Positions 44,305-53,098 of a stretch of 64,000 nucleotides of DNA are shown here, in pieces; position 1 is the first letter of the stretch; every line of letters starts with the position of its first letter. The notes under the pieces were generated by a model. That model did no database searches and was not told where the DNA came from. It saw only the letters and a program-made list of their open reading frames with translations. The stretch is from Promethearchaeota archaeon (GTDB lineage: Archaea > Asgardarchaeota > Lokiarchaeia > Sigyniarchaeales > SOKP01), in contig JAEOTA010000012.1 in the NCBI GenBank assembly GCA_016840085.1, positions 1-64,000 of the forward strand, written 5' to 3'. Position numbers and translations under genes: made by a program.

Positions 44305-45336
44305 ATGCGCGCAGTTATAGTTGAAAAATTTGGCAATATAACTATTAAAGATATCCCTAAACCTTCCCCTGGACATGAAGAAGCCTTAGTTAAAATCTCT
44401 AGCGCAGGTGTTTGCCATTCGGATCTACATCTCGCTTATGGGGATTGGCCCGTAGCAACACCGCCATTCCCTCTGGGGCATGAAGGTATAGGAATAGTTG
44501 AGGAATTAGGTGCTGGTGCTGAGGCTTTTGTGCAGAAGGGCGATAGAGTTATATTGGGTCTGGGTGGAACAGCAGGAGGATATTGGTGTGGAGCTTGTGA
44601 ATATTGCCTTGCTGGAAAACCTATGTTGTGTTTACAGCGTAAGAATCTTATTGGAATATATAGTGAATATGTTTCAATTTGGGCAAAAGCTTTAGTAAAA
44701 TTACCTGATGAAATAAGTGATAGAGAAGTTCCATTAGCATGTGCCGGTTTAACAGCATATAGCGCTATCAAAAAACTTGCTAAGTTTGGAATACCAGCAG
44801 GCAAATTAATTGCTATTATTGGTGCTGCGGGGGGGCTTGGACACTATGCAGTACAGATTGCTAAAGCATTCGGATATAAGGTCATCGGAGTGGATATAGG
44901 CCCTGAAAAATTGGAATTTGTTAAAAAACTGGGAGCAGATCATGCCGTAGAGGTTAGTGAAGCAATGAAGTTCGTTAAGAAGAAGCTTGGCGGTGTATAC
45001 GCAAGCATAGTATTTTCATCAAAAATAGCAGGTTTTGAGCTTGGTTTAAAATTGCTTAAGGCAGGGGGTGTACTTATTGCTGTGGGATTACCTGCCTTTA
45101 AGGAAGGATCGATATCAATAAATCCATTTGAGTTTATATTAAAGGGTTTACATATAGTGGGATCGTTAGTGGGTACTGTAGAAGAAATGAGAGAATTAGT
45201 CCAATTAGCAGCAGAAGGTAAAGTTAAAACTCATATAGGTAGAGTTGCGAATCTTTCAGAATTGAATCAAGTATTTGAGGAATTAGAGCAAGGAAAAATC
45301 GTAGGAAGGGCAATTATTGATAATATCATGGAGTAA
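44305..45336 (+). CDS. Zinc-dependent alcohol dehydrogenase
   Basis: GVCHSDLH, GHEG, CGACEYC, GAAGGLG. Confidence 0.93.
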   Translation: MRAVIVEKFGNITIKDIPKPSPGHEEALVKISSAGVCHSDLHLAYGDWPVATPPFPLGHEGIGIVEELGAGAEAFVQKGDRVILGLGGTAGGYWCGACEYCLAGKPMLCLQRKNLIGIYSEYVSIWAKALVKLPDEISDREVPLACAGLTAYSAIKKLAKFGIPAGKLIAIIGAAGGLGHYAVQIAKAFGYKVIGVDIGPEKLEFVKKLGADHAVEVSEAMKFVKKKLGGVYASIVFSSKIAGFELGLKLLKAGGVLIAVGLPAFKEGSISINPFEFILKGLHIVGSLVGTVEEMRELVQLAAEGKVKTHIGRVANLSELNQVFEELEQGKIVGRAIIDNIME

Positions 45337-45643
45337 TAGAACTTGGTTAATATGGTTTAAGCAGATTTCTATTGCCTAAACTCAATAATTTCAATTTTTT
45401 ATTACTCATCTGATTTTGTAAACATTATTTTCTTATTGGTGCTTGAAAGAATTCATTTTCTTCTAGTTCAACCTCAAGATGAAAGAAAATCCGTATATTC
45501 TGAAAATCCGAGGGATAAATCTACGTAAAAAAATAAATAAAAAAAGTAAATTCTTCTTGGGAATCAGCTCACTCTAAAACAATTTATCGGTAAACTAAAC
45601 CAAAAAAAAAAATATAGAATTAGTTTTAAAAAGACGTATGATT

Positions 45644-45871
45644 TTACAGTGCCTTTAAGGCTTTATCAAGTTCTTCAAGTTGCTCCTTTGAAAATTGTCC
45701 AGGAGCCATCTGTTCAGAATATTCTTGAATCTGGCGTAAACTAAAACCCATAGCCATTTGGGCTTGAGGACTTTCAACGAGCTGTTTTAGGTTTTCTCTA
45801 ATGAACTTTCCAGAAACCTCATCTTCTAAAAGATCACCAAGAGTCATGTCAACATTATACTTATCTGGCAT
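45644..45871 (-). CDS. Small helical hypothetical protein
   Basis: 75 aa, GGAG upstream; TLGDLLED...MGFSLRQI...LEELDKALK. Confidence 0.7.
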   Translation of the reverse strand: MPDKYNVDMTLGDLLEDEVSGKFIRENLKQLVESPQAQMAMGFSLRQIQEYSEQMAPGQFSKEQLEELDKALKAL

Positions 45872-46100
45872 TTTCTATAAACTCCTTCTTATTTACTAAT
45901 ATTAAAGTTTTACTTTAATAGTTGTATTTAATTCGTTAATTGATATAAATTTATTTTAAAGATAGTCTTTAACAAAACTGTGATTTCTCTCTTTTTACAT
46001 TTAAATGCCTTTTAAAAATAAAACTTTATAATCAGAATTTTAAAAAAAATTTAGGATAAACTGAGATCTAAAAAAAATTAATCCCATGTAGCTTTTTTAC

Positions 46101-47396
46101 TTAATCCCATTTTGGTCCACCTGATTTTTCAACTGTGTTGTCATCATCTTCCGAGTGGATTCTCTTTAAGTCAATGTCTTGATATCCTGGGAGAACATTA
46201 AGCATCCGTCTCATAGCAAATTTAATATCTTTAGATGATGCGATGAAACGCCCTACAATTAAAATGTCTGCTCCTTGATTCAAGGCATATGCAGCAGAAC
46301 TTGGCTCAATACCTCCAGCGACAGCGACTAATACTCTATCTCGCCCTGAAGCCTTCTTTTGACTTGCATATAATTCTTTAATTTTCGGTACTAGTGTCCA
46401 TCTCTGCTTTTGCTGAGCGTCAGGGGATAATTTTCCTTCTGTTGACTGTTCAACATCTATAGCTCTATGAATTATAACGACATCCGGAGTTTGCTTTAGC
46501 GAACCCAGCTTCTCTATAGGATTTTGAACTTCCATTGTATCCACGAATGCGTGAATTCCAAGTCGTTGTGCTTCTAAGATAAACTTATCAAGTGAAGCAG
46601 TAGCAGCTAATCCACTTGCTACGACAGCGTCAGCAGTTGCATCAAAGGCAAAATCAACTTCTAATTTTCCTACATCCAATGTCTTTAAATCAGCAACTAT
46701 AAATTTGTCTTTGGCAACATCCCGAATTTGTTTAATCGATTCTACACCATATTTCTTAAGAAAAGGTGTTCCAACTTCAAGTATGATACGATCACTCTTT
46801 GGTAATTCCTTAACAACTTTAATTTGCTTTTCCAAGGCAGGATGATCTAATGCTACTTGTATATATGGTGGACGCCAGAGTCTAGGTACTCGAATCCCCG
46901 CAACTGGGTGTTTTGCGCGGTCTTTATCATAAAATATCTTTTCAATTGGAGGATAATTTTTAAGAGCTCTCTGAATTGCTAACTTTGTAGCACCGTAATT
47001 ATATTGATAGATTTTTCGGTAATCTGTAGCTTCAGGATGTATAAACACACTCACGATTATTACCCAATCATCCAATTTATTCATAGGGATTAAACCTTCT
47101 TCTACGGCATCAGCAATACCTTTTGCTACTGCTGCTTGAGCAGGACCAAATATTTTGTTAGCATCTTCCATATCTGACACAGTGACCTTAGGAACGATCA
47201 AAGAGACTGGTTTGGATAAGAGATTAGGACGTATAGCTCCGAGCAATCCACCGTGACCTTTTGAAGGAGTACTTAACGCATTTGCGAAAGAAATTCCGAC
47301 AGGCCCATCTTTTGAACCAACTATTAAATCTACATGAGCTAGATTGGGAGCTTCTCCGATCAGTGCTTCTCCGATAAAATATTCATTTTTAGCCAT
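46101..47396 (-). CDS. fae-hps: Bifunctional formaldehyde-activating enzyme / 3-hexulose-6-phosphate synthase
   Basis: Fae motifs IGEALIG, AHVDL, FGPAQAAVA, VFIHP, NYGATK; Hps motifs QVALD, EVGTP, ADLKTLDVG, HRAID, VAGG, IVGR. Confidence 0.92.
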   Translation of the reverse strand: MAKNEYFIGEALIGEAPNLAHVDLIVGSKDGPVGISFANALSTPSKGHGGLLGAIRPNLLSKPVSLIVPKVTVSDMEDANKIFGPAQAAVAKGIADAVEEGLIPMNKLDDWVIIVSVFIHPEATDYRKIYQYNYGATKLAIQRALKNYPPIEKIFYDKDRAKHPVAGIRVPRLWRPPYIQVALDHPALEKQIKVVKELPKSDRIILEVGTPFLKKYGVESIKQIRDVAKDKFIVADLKTLDVGKLEVDFAFDATADAVVASGLAATASLDKFILEAQRLGIHAFVDTMEVQNPIEKLGSLKQTPDVVIIHRAIDVEQSTEGKLSPDAQQKQRWTLVPKIKELYASQKKASGRDRVLVAVAGGIEPSSAAYALNQGADILIVGRFIASSKDIKFAMRRMLNVLPGYQDIDLKRIHSEDDDNTVEKSGGPKWD

Positions 47397-47642
47397 ATGA
47401 TTTTCCTTTTTTAATTATAAAATATTTCTTTTTATTAATTTTGGAGAGTTTATTTATTTATAATAATGTATTTTTGAGATAACACTACAATTATCTAGAG
47501 TTAATCTTCTATTAATAAAATTATTGATTGAATTATCCCTTAAATAATAAAAAAGATTTAAAGAAAATTGTGGTAAAAATACCGAAATTCTTTCATTTCA
47601 GAAATTTCATTTTCAATTTTGTTAATTTGAGATATAGACATG

Positions 47643-48770
47643 CTATCTCTTTATCTCCATGATTAAATCGTGTATACGATTAAGTCCTGATGTAAGGTAA
47701 TCTGGGGGTAATCCAAAACTGATCCGAAAAAATTTATCCATACCGAAATGATCCCCGGGTACAATAAAAACGCTTTTTTCCTTACGTAATCGCTCTGCAA
47801 ATTCAGTGGAGTTGATGTCTAAATGATATCGAACAAAAGCAATTGCGGCTGCTTGTGGAGGCACAACACTAAATGTATTTTCATGGTCATCCATCCATTG
47901 TTTTAAGATAGGATATCCTTTACGAATGTAATTACGAGTGCGTTGTATAATACGTGGTCGCACTTTAGGAGAGAGTGCGATTGCAGCAAGTTTGTTTGAT
48001 AACATCGTAGCACTAATGGTAGTATATTCATGCCGTGCCCAAATTTGATCTATAGTATCAACAGGAGCAATTACCCATCCAATACGTAGTCCTGGTAATC
48101 CATACGCTTTACTCATGCTACCAACTGCTACAAGTCTGTCATATCGTCCAAAAAAAGAGGGGGTTTGTTTATCCGTTAAACGTTCAGCGCCGCAGTAGAC
48201 TTCATCAGTTAAAATCCATGCCCTAGCTTGTTCTGCTATATCTATGATTGCTTTCATTTCATTCTCGGTAAGGATGTAACCAGTGGGATTATTAGGATTA
48301 CAAACAGCTATTAATTTGGTATTTCTGGTTACAATTTCGTTTAACTCATCTAGATCAGGTTTCCAACCATTTTCCTCTCGCAGATGGAATGTTTTTAATT
48401 TGAAATCAAAATTCTTAGCAATACCCCAAATTTGCATGTAATTAGGTAGCATAATAACGATTTCATCGCCGGTATTAAGTAGTGTGTGAATAGTGTTATA
48501 ATTAGCTTCAATTGCCCCTGTTGTAACTAAAATATTATTTATGGTAGCACCATCATACAACGCAGCAATATTTTCTCTTAATTCAGGGATACCATTAACA
48601 TATGGGTAGTTAAGATCGGTAGCAAGCAACTGGTCGATATTATTAGGATTATCTGATAATAGGTCGCTGAGCAAAATTGGATGAACACCACTTTCGGATA
48701 GGTTGAATTCAACTTCTTGCTCATACTTGGACATCCAACGTTCCATAAGAAAGGATTGAAATTGTGGCAT
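47643..48770 (-). CDS. Class I/II PLP-dependent aminotransferase
   Basis: CNPNNPTG, DEVY, SMSKAYGLPGLRIGW. Confidence 0.92.
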   Translation of the reverse strand: MPQFQSFLMERWMSKYEQEVEFNLSESGVHPILLSDLLSDNPNNIDQLLATDLNYPYVNGIPELRENIAALYDGATINNILVTTGAIEANYNTIHTLLNTGDEIVIMLPNYMQIWGIAKNFDFKLKTFHLREENGWKPDLDELNEIVTRNTKLIAVCNPNNPTGYILTENEMKAIIDIAEQARAWILTDEVYCGAERLTDKQTPSFFGRYDRLVAVGSMSKAYGLPGLRIGWVIAPVDTIDQIWARHEYTTISATMLSNKLAAIALSPKVRPRIIQRTRNYIRKGYPILKQWMDDHENTFSVVPPQAAAIAFVRYHLDINSTEFAERLRKEKSVFIVPGDHFGMDKFFRISFGLPPDYLTSGLNRIHDLIMEIKR

Positions 48771-48971
48771 TTTATTATCTTTTTTGTTTTGAAATATTAT
48801 AGAGAAATTATGAAATATATAATAAAAGGATCATGCATAGTAGCTTCTCAAAATATCGAATTTCTTTCTAAGGTTTAATAAAGCAGTTTTTTATTAAAAT
48901 TCAAAAATTATAAATAACCAAATTGACATTTATATCAAAGAATAAAAATTAATAGAAAGGGTGAAAATTAA

Positions 48972-49271
48972 ATCACATACACAATAGCAGAAGGTAAATT
49001 CCCTAAAAAACCTGGATATGGTAAAGTAGTAATAGCGTGCAGAAAAGATTTTAGAAATTTTAAAAAAGATAACGGAAATAGAATTGCTCAGTTTATAGAT
49101 GAAAGAATCACACGATTTGCTCAGATGGGTTTGGATCTTAAAGTAATTAATAACCAGAAAGATAATTTAGAAGGTATTAGGAAACTTTTTAGGGAAGGAA
49201 AAGAGGATACAGCATTTTCGTTGTTTTTTAGGACATTTCCAACGTGTTTACCTTATAGAACAAGGCTTTAA
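48972..49271 (+). CDS. Hypothetical 99-aa protein with a probable ATC start (not in ORF track)
   Basis: 100 open codons in AT-rich DNA (ITYTIAEGKFPKKPGYGKVVIACRKDF...); GGTGA 7 nt before ATC; in-frame TAA directly upstream. Confidence 0.55.
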   Translation: MTYTIAEGKFPKKPGYGKVVIACRKDFRNFKKDNGNRIAQFIDERITRFAQMGLDLKVINNQKDNLEGIRKLFREGKEDTAFSLFFRTFPTCLPYRTRL

Positions 49272-49283
49272 TATATAAAAAAT

Positions 49284-49616
49284 CTAAATAACTTCAATTG
49301 AATCGATATTCCAGAGATATTTTTTCAGATCAATTTTAAATTCACCTGAAAACTCAATTCCTTCTAATTCTAACAGTTTTTTTTGATACTGTTTATCCTC
49401 AATTGACGACATAGATAATTTACCATTTGAACTTATGACACGGTGCCATGGCAAATGATATTTCTTACTTGAAGAATGAAGAACCCAAGAAACTTGTCTT
49501 GCGGCTTTAGGATTTCCTGCTATTTTAGCAATAAATCCATAAGTGAGAACTTTACCCTCCGGAATGTTTTTAATTATATTTATAATTCTTTGTGTAAAAT
49601 CACTAGGAATTGACAC
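49284..49616 (-). CDS. Alkyltransferase-like (ATL/YbaZ) protein, MGMT family
   Basis: IPEGKVLTYG, AARQV, and PWHRV (Trp in place of the catalytic Cys). Confidence 0.88.
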   Translation of the reverse strand: MSIPSDFTQRIINIIKNIPEGKVLTYGFIAKIAGNPKAARQVSWVLHSSSKKYHLPWHRVISSNGKLSMSSIEDKQYQKKLLELEGIEFSGEFKIDLKKYLWNIDSIEVI

Positions 49617-49629
49617 TCACCATTTTGAA

Positions 49630-50985
49630 TTATTGCTTATATCTTTCAGTAGATTTTTTTTCAATTTTTTTTGCTGAAGTATATAGTTTTTCTAATTTTT
49701 CTTTCTTTAATTCTTTTGTTTCGAAAATTATATGATTACAATCGTATTTAGCAAAGTTCTTTTCAAATATATTTATTTCAAAATATTCTTTCTCATCCCA
49801 CAAACGAGATCCGGGATAAGGAGTTGCTACAAAGTAATTTATTTCATCTCCCTCATCTAAAGGTAAAGAGTCTATATATTCATTTGTCTGGTAAAAACTG
49901 TTTTTTGTTTCGCCAGGAAGTCCTAATACGAAATATGCTTGAATTGCAATATCGTATTTTTTTAAATTTATAATTCCTTTCTTTACTTGTTCTGGATCTT
50001 GATATTTAAAATTTTTTTTGAGAACTGTTTTATTAGCAGATTCAATCCCAGTTGCAATTAATTGACATCCTGCCTCTTTTAACAAGCGAGCGTCTTCAGA
50101 GTTTATAGTATCTATCCGGAGTTCACAACCCCAAGGTATAGTAATTTCATATTCGACAAACATCTCACAAAAATTTCTAAAAAATTTTCTATTTATGTTG
50201 ATGTTATCATAAAAATTGATATAATTATAAGTTTGTAATGAAAGAATGTCATTTATTTCTGCATATATAGATTCAATGCTTCTAATTCTTGTTTTTTTAA
50301 ATAAATTTTGCCTTGAGCAGAAAGAGCATTCATTGGGGCAACCTCTGTTTACAATGACACTCGCAACAGTATAAAAGTAATTCTCTTGCGATAATTTATA
50401 ACGAGCAGGTAAAGGTAATAATTCTAAGTTTATAGGTTCTTCAGGGAATCCTGTAAATATAATTTTCCCTTTCGAATTTGTATAAGAAATCCCTTTAATT
50501 AAATTAATTTTTTCTTCAAACGTCTCTAACCTTTTTTTTTTAGTAATGTGTTGTTGTAGAATTTTGATGAGACTTAATAAAGAATACTCTGATTCGCCAA
50601 CACAAATAAAATCGATTAATCTTTCTGCTTTTGAGTCATTATTTAAAATTTCTCTATACAAGAAAGATACGTGGGGTCCTCCCATAATTACGTAATTATT
50701 TTGCTTTTGAGATTTTATGATTCTGGCAACATCAAGCGCCATATGAAAAGTATTTGTAAGAGATGTAATCCCAAAAATATTATAACCAGTTATTTTTTGT
50801 CTTATCAGATTTTCAAATTCAGATTTGTTTAAATCTTTAAATTGTTCAAGATCCAAAATATCAACTGGAGTGTTACTTAAATCTAATATCGCTGATAAAT
50901 ATAATAATCCTAAGTTAGGCTCTCTAAAAAAATCAGTTTGGACTTCTGTAGGTTTAGAAGTTTTAGGATTGATTAGTAGAATCAT
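49630..50985 (-). CDS. B12-binding radical SAM protein
   Basis: [38 protein letters not shown]. Confidence 0.9.
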   Translation of the reverse strand: MILLINPKTSKPTEVQTDFFREPNLGLLYLSAILDLSNTPVDILDLEQFKDLNKSEFENLIRQKITGYNIFGITSLTNTFHMALDVARIIKSQKQNNYVIMGGPHVSFLYREILNNDSKAERLIDFICVGESEYSLLSLIKILQQHITKKKRLETFEEKINLIKGISYTNSKGKIIFTGFPEEPINLELLPLPARYKLSQENYFYTVASVIVNRGCPNECSFCSRQNLFKKTRIRSIESIYAEINDILSLQTYNYINFYDNININRKFFRNFCEMFVEYEITIPWGCELRIDTINSEDARLLKEAGCQLIATGIESANKTVLKKNFKYQDPEQVKKGIINLKKYDIAIQAYFVLGLPGETKNSFYQTNEYIDSLPLDEGDEINYFVATPYPGSRLWDEKEYFEINIFEKNFAKYDCNHIIFETKELKKEKLEKLYTSAKKIEKKSTERYKQ

Positions 50986-51787
50986 CTTGAGTGCTTATTT
51001 CATTGTCTTCAGGTAATTGATCAGGAATTTGAAATGCCTTGGTTAAAGCATTAAAAGAGCCGGGTTTACTAAATTTTTCTTCGTATATTACGGGGATTTG
51101 TGATTCCAATGGGGGAGATTTATCATCTTCGTGTATATATAATTCTATTCCTTGGATTTTTCGATTTTTTATAACTAATCGAGTGGAGTAATTATGATCT
51201 TTGAAAAAAGTAAAACCATTGTTTAAACGTCCTAATTTTATAGGATTAATAACGGTTTTTTCTTCTTTAAGGAAAGTTTCTACGACTTCTTCATCAATAT
51301 ATATAGTTCCCCCGATTATTATGAATCGCCTTATTAATTCTTCTGGTTTGGGAAAACTATTTATGTATTCAATTGCCTTATTTGCTTTAGGGCTTACAAT
51401 CGAGACATCTCTTATAAATCTATCTTGAGTAGGTTTAGAAAAATCACTTTTCTCAATAGGTTTGGCGCGACCTGCACCAAGTGGCTTTTCTAAAATTTCT
51501 TGAAATTCTTGATCATCAATAGAATAAATGTTTAATGGATATACTCTATAAAATAATCTTAATTGTTGCCGAAACATTCCAGCCAAAATACCACCATATA
51601 TTTGAACTATGAAAGAGCTGTGCGAACCATTGAAAGTCCAAATTTTCTTTGTATCATGATCTACCAGCAAATATACCCTCTCTTTACTGGTTTCGTTTAA
51701 AATATCACTTACTATACTCCCTTGATGCACTTCTCTTGTTTCCATAAACGGAAATTCTGTGAGTGTTATAACTTCAAATATCTGCAT
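50963..51787 (-). CDS. Asgard gelsolin/cofilin-like domain protein with a C-terminal extension
   Basis: [22 protein letters not shown]...[12 protein letters not shown]...EFQEIL pattern of single-domain gelsolin-fold proteins. Confidence 0.6.
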   Translation of the reverse strand: MQIFEVITLTEFPFMETREVHQGSIVSDILNETSKERVYLLVDHDTKKIWTFNGSHSSFIVQIYGGILAGMFRQQLRLFYRVYPLNIYSIDDQEFQEILEKPLGAGRAKPIEKSDFSKPTQDRFIRDVSIVSPKANKAIEYINSFPKPEELIRRFIIIGGTIYIDEEVVETFLKEEKTVINPIKLGRLNNGFTFFKDHNYSTRLVIKNRKIQGIELYIHEDDKSPPLESQIPVIYEEKFSKPGSFNALTKAFQIPDQLPEDNEISTQDDSTNQS

Positions 51788-51962
51788 ATATAGTTATCCA
51801 TTAAATTCTTATATAATTTATAAGGTTATTATCTTTAAAATAAATTTCATAATATGCATCAATTTAGAAAATTAATCTAAATCCTAAAATTCCATAAAAT
51901 TTTTATGAAAATAAACATTTATGGAGTTATTCTTGCTTTTTTAAGTTCAAGTATGATATATC

Positions 51963-52364
51963 GTGTCTTCTGAAAAAATAGTATATAAGTTAAACATCAG
52001 TGGTGGTACTGAAGGACCTGGAAAAGGATTATCCAAGCTTATTGAAATTGATGAAAAAAAATTTCGATTTGAAGGGATGAAAATTGGTGATGTTATTAAA
52101 GGTGGGCTTGTAGGATTTCCTAATTATGAATTCGTAATTACCGGGGGGAGTGACTCATCAGGATTCCCCATGAGGAAGGATGTACATGGCCCTGTTAAAA
52201 AGAAAATTCTTGTTTCTAAAAGAAGTATTGGATTTAAACCTCGAAGAAACGGAGAAAAAAAGAGAAGAACCGTGAGAGGTAATGAAGTAACAAGTGATAT
52301 GACATTAATTAACCTAAAAGTTACAAAATATGGAGAAGCCGAACTTTTTAAAAAAGAAAAATAA
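51963..52364 (+). CDS. rps6e: 30S ribosomal protein S6e
   Basis: ITGGSDSSGFPMRKDV, GEKKRRTVRGN. Confidence 0.95.
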   Translation: MSSEKIVYKLNISGGTEGPGKGLSKLIEIDEKKFRFEGMKIGDVIKGGLVGFPNYEFVITGGSDSSGFPMRKDVHGPVKKKILVSKRSIGFKPRRNGEKKRRTVRGNEVTSDMTLINLKVTKYGEAELFKKEK

Positions 52365-52390
52365 TAATGAAATATTTTCGATGATGCATC

Positions 52391-52573
52391 ATGGTCAAAG
52401 TTAAAAAATGTAGCTTTTGTGGGTACGACATTCCTATAGGTCGAGGGGTAATGTTTATCCAAAAGAACGGTGTAATATATAATTTTTGTACTAACAAATG
52501 TAGAAAAGCATTGTTGGTTTATAAAAAAAAAGCAAGAAAAACTAGATGGACCGCTTATTACGGGAAAGAATGA
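52391..52573 (+). CDS. rpl24e: 50S ribosomal protein L24e
   Basis: CSFCGYDIPIGRGVMF...FCTNKC...RWT. Confidence 0.95.
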   Translation: MVKVKKCSFCGYDIPIGRGVMFIQKNGVIYNFCTNKCRKALLVYKKKARKTRWTAYYGKE

Positions 52574-52598
52574 TTTTTACTTACTCTTTCTAATATTC

Positions 52599-52605
52599 AA
52601 AAAAA
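52599..52605 (-). terminator. U7 tract after the distal copy of the rpoN 3' end
   Basis: A7 on the + strand, 7 nt beyond the TAA at 52613-52615. Confidence 0.4.
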
Positions 52606-52612
52606 GGTTTAA

Positions 52613-52654
52613 TTATTGTAATCGAGGAAATTTAAGTAGTTCATCGATCAGGTC
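52613..52654 (-). repeat. Second, synonymously recoded copy of the last 14 codons of rpoN (DLIDELLKFPRLQ*)
   Basis: Compared with 52736-52777: 8 nucleotide differences in 42 nt, none changing an amino acid. Confidence 0.92.
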
Positions 52655-52785
52655 AAGTTGATCTATATAAATATAGTACTCAAATTCCTTTAGATTAAAA
52701 TAAAACGAATCAGAATCATATTTATTTAATCTAGATTACTGTAATCTAGGAAATTTGAGTAGCTCATCTATTAAATCTACATGAC
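52652..52785 (-). repeat. Long imperfect inverted repeat: the proximal rpoN 3' end (52785-52742) pairs with an antisense arm (52697-52652)
   Basis: Helices GUCA/UGAC, GAUUUA/UAGAUC, AUAGAUG/UAUUUAU, UACUCAAAUUUC/GGAAUUUGAGUA and UAGAUUA/UAAUCUA on the mRNA strand. Confidence 0.8.
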
Positions 52786-52967
52786 TTACACTTATAAGGC
52801 GAAAATGCCTACTAATTTACGATCATGCGTTTACAACAAAAGCGTTCAATACCAAGCTCCTTAAACGCTTTTTCTGAGCTCTCTCCTTTTTCTAAATACT
52901 CTAAATACGGTTCATATACATGGGCTATTAATTTACCACAGGAGAAGCATCTCACAGGTATGATTAT
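52736..52967 (-). CDS. rpoN: DNA-directed RNA polymerase subunit N (Rpo10), interrupted by a 31-nt insert; probable ATA start; not in ORF track
   Basis: (M)IIPVRCFSCGKLIAHVYEPYLEYLEKGESSEKAFKELGIERFCCKRMIV [31 nt] SHVDLIDELLKFPRLQ*; 66 aa once the insert is removed; GAGGAG upstream. Confidence 0.93.
52786..52816 (-). other. 31-nt intervening sequence in rpoN (candidate BHB-type mRNA intron or bypass element)
   Basis: AUUAGUAGGCAUUUUCGCCUUAUAAGUGUAA; carries in-frame UAG UAG, shifts the frame, contains a hairpin, and GUAA is repeated at both junctions. Confidence 0.75.
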
Positions 52968-53098
52968 CGTTAATCTCCTCTATCTATATCAAATTTTCTT
53001 CTCATTTAATAAAATAGATGATCCCTTCTAAAAAAAATTTTTGATTTTTATTTACATCCAATTTTAAAAGGACAAAATACACTCAACATTTAGAACTT

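Noticed and set aside
52825-53031. 68-aa plus-strand ORF in the track
   Set aside because: Antisense shadow of the real rpoN gene on the minus strand
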